This document shows, in pieces, positions 57,306 through 64,000 of a stretch of DNA of 64,000 nucleotides. The notes under the pieces were generated by a model, which was not told the origin of the DNA, made no database searches, and saw nothing but the letters and a program-made list of their open reading frames with translations. A program made the position numbers and the translations under genes. Every line of letters begins with the position of its first letter. Positions within the stretch are counted from its first letter, which is position 1. The stretch is from Lepidodermella squamata (Eukaryota; Animalia; Gastrotricha), in NCBI GenBank assembly GCA_047495785.1, contig JBLDXI010000003.1, forward strand, positions 248,001-312,000, given 5' to 3'.

Positions 57306-60300
57306 TCACTTAGTCATCGCCTTCGTCAGGACTTCGATAATTTGTCGTTGTTCATTAGAATTCGTCTTAGATGGAAAAGGGTTTTTAGCCTGATCCAGTG
57401 CAGTTTTTCCCGCCTTGTTCTTCAGGTTTGCTTTGGCTTTGAATTTATTCACAAGAAGATCGACAACAGCAGGATATGTCCAACTGGCAGCTCTCATCAG
57501 CGGTGTATCGCCATCCTTATCTGCCGCGTTGACGTCGGCTTTGAACTTGCCCGCCAGCAGTTCCACGACGTCAGCTTTGTCATTCAAGGCGGCCCTGTGC
57601 AATGGCGTCCTGCCATCCGTAGCTGCCGCGTTGACGTCGGCTTTGAACTTGCCCGCCAGCAGTTCCACGACGTCAGCAGAGCCATTCATGGCGGCCACGT
57701 GCAATGGCGTCTCGCCATCCTTAGCTGCCGCGTTGACGTCGGCTTTGAACTTGCCCGCCAGCAGTTCCACGACGTCAGCATAGCCATTACGGGCGGCCCA
57801 GTGCAATGGCGTCTCGCCATCCTTAGCTGCCGCGTTGACGTCGGCTTTGAACTTGCCCGCCAGCAGTTCAACAATTTCAACATGGCCTTTTTCTGCTGCA
57901 GCTAAAAGTGCAGTTGCTTCTCTGACATCCATCCAACCGAATAACTTAGTTTCATAATATTTGCCGTTGACATCCAGTCCCAATCTGTCCTTGTATTGCA
58001 ATAATTGAGACATTCTGGCTGCATCATTTCCAACTGCACATCGCACAAATTCCTTTTCAGTAATCCGAAAAATTAATATCAATATCAATGTTTTGATTGG
58101 AAAAGGAGCAACCTTGATAGCTTCCTCTTTGTTTTTCGGGAGATCGACCGCCTAAATTATTTGGAAATAATTCCAAAATGAACAACTTAACAGCCTATGA
58201 AAACTCTACCGGGCTCGCAGCCGTCTGCTCGACTTTCTCTTGCGGTTTTGACGCCCACAATTCCTCCGCCCTTTTGTTCGGCTTGTCTGGTTGAGGAGTG
58301 ACCGGCTGTTTCGGTTGTTGTTGTTGCCTTTCGACTGCGATATCGCGGCGCAGAAAAGCGTGACTCAGTGCTTGATCAATGGTCGGCCGGCTGCTGCTCT
58401 CCTTCTCCAACAGCGACATGATGAAGTCGCGGCACTCGGCCGAGTAGCCTCGAGAATCGTCGAATGGCCGCGGCGGTTTTCTGGTGGGAAAAACGGCATA
58501 ACGTAACGAAAATGAGCTTTGAAATGGCTTCAAATTGAAACCTTCATTCGAAATGATATATTTTATGCAATGCCCCAGGGCAATTTGCCAATCTATTTTT
58601 AGCATAAACTTATTAAAAATTGAATGATGGTCATTATTTTTTTGCGTCTTCCTCGGCGTCGTATTCCACTTCTTTGGTAATGATAATAATGAATGAATTT
58701 TATTGCTTTTGTAGCAAAAAATACGGCACGCGCCAAAACTTTGGGCCGATGTCGCAAACAACGTGGCTAAGCACTGAATTATTTCGATTTTCAGAGTCGA
58801 GAAGTCGAGAATTTACGCGTTAGCTCGGATTTTTGTAAAAATTTGATGCCTCGAAAATGCGATTTGATGGCGATTTGAGGCAATTTTTCCCAAAATTCCC
58901 AAAATACTACGTTTTGAGTTTAAGTTTAACGTTTTGAGAATCAGCCTTGAAATAATGCCCTTTCAAGCTATTGGAGCAATTACACTTTTTTACGTTTTCT
59001 TATTCATTCGAGGCGGAAAAAGACGAAGAAGATTTTAATTTTTTTATTATATTTCTATGCCTTATTATTTTTGCTACAAAAGCAATAAAATCCATTCATT
59101 ATTATCATTACCAAAGAAGTGGACTACGACGACGTGGAAAAAATAATGACCACGTCAACAGGTTCATGCTATAAATAGGTTGGCTAACGCCTGTGGCAAA
59201 TTGCTCTGAGAAAAGATGAATATAAAATGATTTTTATGACATCATCAGCCTCACAACCTAAAACCCTTTCACTCCGGAATTTATTTCAGTCGAGCAGAAA
59301 AATTTAAACATTTTGAATTTCCTGTAAATTAAGGAAGGAATCGGAAAATCGGCAACCACATGCTATTCCAAGGCCTGATGCGCATATTTCCGACAAGTTA
59401 CTGATTGCACTGAAATTTTCAATCCCGCTATTTTTTTAAATATTACAGACTACTCATTCATCCGAATGAATTCATTGAAATCGAAATTCGAAGTCGAAAT
59501 TCCGAAATCGTCTTTCCCGTCGTGAAAGGGTTAGAGCACCCAGACTAGATCGATGCACTTCGATTGGTTCAAAAATATTGAGATTTTTTATCGAAAATCA
59601 GCAAATTTCTTCTTAACAGCAACATTTTCAACATTTTTCTAATTTGCTATTTCCTATTAATTTAATTGGAAAATTATCAACGATTTTTCAATCAAGTGAA
59701 ATCGTCGGAAAAAAGCTAGTCAAATAGATCCGCGAACTGTCTTAGACAATCGCGTGTCCTCTATGTGCCGGTGCCTGGTCTGACATGTATTTTTATTGTT
59801 ATTATTTTCTGCCTTTAATTTAATTATTATGTCAACTGAGGACAAATAAAAAATATTTTCGTTCGATTTTCGTTCGGTACCAAATTTGACTGTTACTGTT
59901 TGACTGTTGTTTGAAATTTTCAATGGGCATTTTTCGAAACCTCCAAGGATTTTGTGATTGATACCTAAGCTTCATTTAAAATACCGTATTGTGTTCTGAA
60001 ACACAGTGAAAAACGCTCGAAAAACAGTGAAAGAAATCAGGCAATATTTGAGGCGGCTTTTCGAGAGAGGCAATTATTAACTCCGAAACATCACATCATC
60101 ACTTGAATAATGCCAATACGTTGATAGGAGCAGCTTCTAAACGGCTTGCCAGGTTGAGCTGCCTACAACGTTTTATGCAGAAATGACTGCGCAGTCGAAA
60201 AAGATATTTCTAATCATTTCCAAGCTTCAGCCCGCTTTTCAACCGCCTGGCTATTAATAACCTGGACCAGAAATTTTTGTTGATTTTAAAGGCTTTGTCA

Positions 60301-61341
60301 ATGTAGGCTAACTCGAAGAGTTAATTTCCCACGGGCATTGTAACTATCAAATGGGAAACTCGAATGCACTTACGATTGAATGCTTCCAATGACAGCCATC
60401 TGCGTTTTTCCGACGAACTAATAAATAATCCATCATGCAAAGTGGAAATGACGATAGGTGGCTTTTTTTACCGGTTTCACAAAATTTGCCAGTTCATATA
60501 GAGTCACGCCAAACGACCACACGTCACAAGGGCGCTGATAGTCGTTAGTCTCGATGTAGTCCGGAGCTGCGTAGTCCCAAGAAGCTACACTCAGCGTGTA
60601 CTTCGTCGTTGCCGCCCTGCGCGAAAGTAACAAGGTTCAATCCATCGAAATTATGAAGCCAGCGGCAATAATAGCTGAAAAGAGCTAACTTACTCGTCCA
60701 AATTTTTGGCTATGCCAAAATCGCCGAGTTTGGCCGTTCGCCCATCATGGTTTAGGAAAATGTTTTTCGGCTTGATATCCCGGTGAACGATGCCGTTCTC
60801 GTGCAAGAACTTCAACGCCGACGCTAGTTGTCTAGCCCAAGATTGCAGTTGCATCTCGCTGATCTTTTCGCGCCCTGTTCCGATTCGACTGTCCAGGTCT
60901 CCGCCCTCGCAGTGCTCCATGACCAGGTAGTACATCTGGCAGTCTTTTTTGAAGCTATCCTCGCCTGAGTATTGCTCTGAATCGAACCCAAATAATGTGA
61001 CAAGTTTGCTAACGCAAAAAAAGCTTTCCTACCTTTGAATGCACCAAATATCTGCACGATGTTGGGGTGACGCAGTTTTTCCAACTTGGAGTGCTGCAAA
61101 GCGAGAAAACTCCAAGTTTTTCATTTGCCTCCATGTATGTATCACTTACCTCGTCGCAGCTGATTTTAACGAGTTTCCTAGCTTGGTTATCATCGCTGCA
61201 AGTCCGTTCCAACTGAGTGAGGTTAACTTCTTTGACAACATAATTCTCATAGGTTGTTGCCTTTCGGCACAAGTAGACCGTGGCAAAGCCGCCACGGCCC
61301 AAGACCTTCCACGTATTGAACTCGCGGGCTGATTTGAACAT
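57306..61341 (-). CDS. NEK-like kinase-ankyrin fusion (copy 2, 580 aa, 3 internal repeats)
   Basis: Exons 61341-61150, 61093-61033, 60976-60694, 60616-60472, 60417-60374, 58480-58210, 58052-57306; total 1743 nt, open; same motifs as copy 1. Confidence 0.85.
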
Positions 61342-61987
61342 TTCTCCTACTTCTCGGAGCTAAAATAAATTGTACTTGTGTTAATAAGTCGAAAATTGCC
61401 AGAGTGAAAGTTGACTTTGTTGTATGATAAGTTGCCGTGTTGTAGACGGGTTTCTATCACTTTTTCATGGTCAAGAATGTCGAGGCGCAGAGATAACAAT
61501 AAATGCGAGAAGGAAAGAACTATTTCCAGCAGCCATTGAACCTGGTCGCCGTGTGCCCACGCTTCGGTGGCTGCCGGTGATACACCCATTGCGACCCCGT
61601 GGTTGTTGCTGATAAATCTCTATTCCTCGGAAATTATTTCTCTTATCTGAACGCAAACAGCGGACGAATGCCTCACCTATTCTCGAGATAAATTTCCCAA
61701 ATATTTATGCGCAGACCGGTACAAGGTTGGCGTGCAGTCTTTAGGCTTCTATGGCAGCATTTATTTGACGAAAAAGAGCTGATGCACTGAATAGAAGGAA
61801 ACGAGTGGAATATTCGACTATCTTTCCGTTGGCATCCAATAATTAGCACATAATATACAGGGATCTAAATCTTGTAAGTATCGTTGTATGCGCTATTCCG
61901 AGTTTTATTTATATTAGTCTAAAATCCAAAACCAACAAATTGAAATTTCGAACTCAAAATTAAATTCTCTGCCTCTATAAGTCAATG

Positions 61988-62774
61988 TCACTCTTCAGTT
62001 AGCACAGCTTTACGGCTAGCTATTAATTTCTTGCGAAGTTGCTGCAAATCAGCCTCGGTGCAATCCATGTCACGGCTGAACGAGCAAACTCGGCCCATGG
62101 ATTCGAGGATCTCAATCGCACCAGCTGCATCGTAAATCTTCTGACCCTTGTATACGAATTGAACGATTTTCGGCAGCTGATTTTCCGCGTCCTTGACTAT
62201 GGCTTCGACTGGCGTGTTGTTAAGGTGCTTTTCAATATCCGCCGTGAAATCGGCCAGCTGCCTTGCTAGAAATATCGATCTCTTCAACTTCTCTATATCA
62301 ATGGCAATGCATTCACATTTTCAGTGGAATTTAACTGAGAATTTAAAGTCAACCTTTCCAGACTAATCTTATTTCGATATTCAACCTTTTCGCAGAGGTT
62401 TTAAATTAAATTAAAAAACAATTAAAATAAATCAATATAAATTTGAATCGATCAAAATCAAAATCAAAAATAAATTTGAATCGAGAAAAGTTCCGAAAGC
62501 AAACCTAAAAGCTAGGTATTTACACAATTTTGATGTTGGTTGAAATTACCGCGGTGAGTTTCGAAATTAATTCGTCGATTTTCGTGCACTTGGTAATTTG
62601 CGGCGGCGTTTTGGCCTTCTTTTCTGCCAAGTTTTGCCGAGCCAATCCGTAATCCGTCAGCGGGTCAATGACGTGATTTTCAACAGGTTTTTGCATTAAT
62701 TTTGAGGCATTAATTAGGCCGCATAAAAACAAGGTGAAACAAAATATGGCAAAGATTTCCACTCGCGATCGCAT
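61988..62774 (-). CDS. Orphan secreted helical protein, family member 1 (copy 2, ~195 aa)
   Basis: Exons 62774-62524, 62385-62354, 62292-61988; 12-nt in-frame deletion relative to copy 1. Confidence 0.62.
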
Positions 62775-63385
62775 TTTAAAATACTGAAAACAGGATAAAA
62801 ATTAAAAAATTCTGAAAAAATTGGATTTTATATTTTCCATGCGAAGCTGGGCTGATGATACTGGCACCATTATGTCGTTTTCTACAACGTCTATCGCTGT
62901 TGTGTGGAATCAGGCGACGGAAGCTATGATTCTAACACGACTTGGATTCACGAATTTTTCCGCTTTTGAAAACGTTGCCCATCAAATTTGTTGATTGGAA
63001 ATAGTGAGATGAAAATTATCACTAAAATCAATTGAAATAATTGCTAGAATCTCGAGAAAGTTCGCGATAGAAATTAGATAAGGTAATAATAGGGCCAAAA
63101 CCTACCTGTATATTGAAACATTTTTAATTTTTCAACAGTCAACAATTTGTCCTGAAATGACTGGAAATGCTCCAATTTGAAACATTCGAGGCAAATTTTT
63201 TTGAAGATGACTATCTGGCCTAACGAAACGCTTGAATTTCAAAAATACTTCGCTTACTCTTTGTTCTCGTTTTTACTACAATAGGGTTTTACTCAGTGAT
63301 GAAAATTATGTGAAAACAGAGCCTGTAACAATATGAAAAGGTGTTCAATGGTTGTAATAATGTAAACAATCTTGTCATTCATCGA

Positions 63386-64000
63386 TTATGACCACTTATA
63401 TTCGTATCGAAAGTCGCGTTCTGCTCGGCCTTCGAAGAAAACTTTCTGGCTCTCCTTCAAATTGTCTCGCCGCTTCTCAATATCAGCCGCTACGCTGTCG
63501 GCCTTGCGGATTTTCGCCTGTTCATCGGTCACGGTCGACGTAGCCCGCCCGGCTGCCACGTCGTCGTACGCCTGTCTCGCGCCGCTGAATAGCGACTCCA
63601 GCTTGCCATGCTGATTCTTAGCGTCCTGGGCGATCGACTCAGCTGAGATGTTCTTCAGGTAGGCTCCGACGCGGTTGCCGAACTCAACCAGCTTGTCCAG
63701 CGATTCGCGCGAAAAAGTTGGAAACAGCTTTAAAATTTTTCAAAATTTTTTGATTTCAATTTTCATATCGAGAACTAAAATTTAGCGCGCCTCGTCCGAC
63801 ATTTGCGCCGCCGACTTTTCCTTGTTGGCGTGCTACTTGGCGGCGATCCACGCCCGCACCGGGTTGATGACCTTTTCCTTGAGCGGCTCCTCGATGTTGC
63901 GCGAGAGCCACGAGTCCAGCGACGCCAGGAAGCCGCGGCGTTGGCGCACCAGCACCGAGAACCGCCGCATTGTCGCCGTGGTCCTCAACGGCGGCTGATG
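63386..64000 (-). pseudogene. Orphan secreted protein member 2 (copy 2, runs off the window)
   Basis: Same frameshift and GC donor as copy 1, plus TGG>TAG at 63833-63835. Confidence 0.6.

Larger units (their letters stand above)
39290..64000. repeat. Tandem segmental duplication, unit ~13-15 kb (copy 1 ~39.3-54 kb, copy 2 ~54.2 kb to the window end)
   Basis: Collinear matches: 39300~54640, 41500~56590, 46741~61341, 48194~62774, 51180~63990. Offsets shrink across copy-specific indels and TE insertions. Confidence 0.92.

Overview
Intron-containing eukaryotic (animal; the AT-rich, short-intron style is nematode-like, but the species cannot be determined) genomic DNA, heavily invaded by DNA transposons/MITEs and LINE fragments. 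Manual splicing (GT-AG, phase-checked by hand) shows that most ORF-track fragments join into multi-exon genes. (1) 2473-4230: intronless secreted amidase-signature enzyme. (2) 7.0-36.6 kb: a cluster of three genes plus one relic, each encoding signal peptide + 5 EGF modules + about 6 ankyrin repeats with no transmembrane segment, i.e. predicted secreted EGF-ankyrin proteins. (3) About 39-64 kb: a ~15 kb tandem segmental duplication. Each copy carries a NEK-like Ser/Thr kinase fused to a C-terminal array of nearly identical 102-bp ankyrin repeats that vary only at predicted binding-surface positions and differ in copy number (5 vs 3 internal repeats). Each copy also carries two paralogous orphan secreted helical-protein genes and complementary fragments of a broken KDM3/JMJD1-like demethylase. 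All gene models are hand predictions without transcript support.
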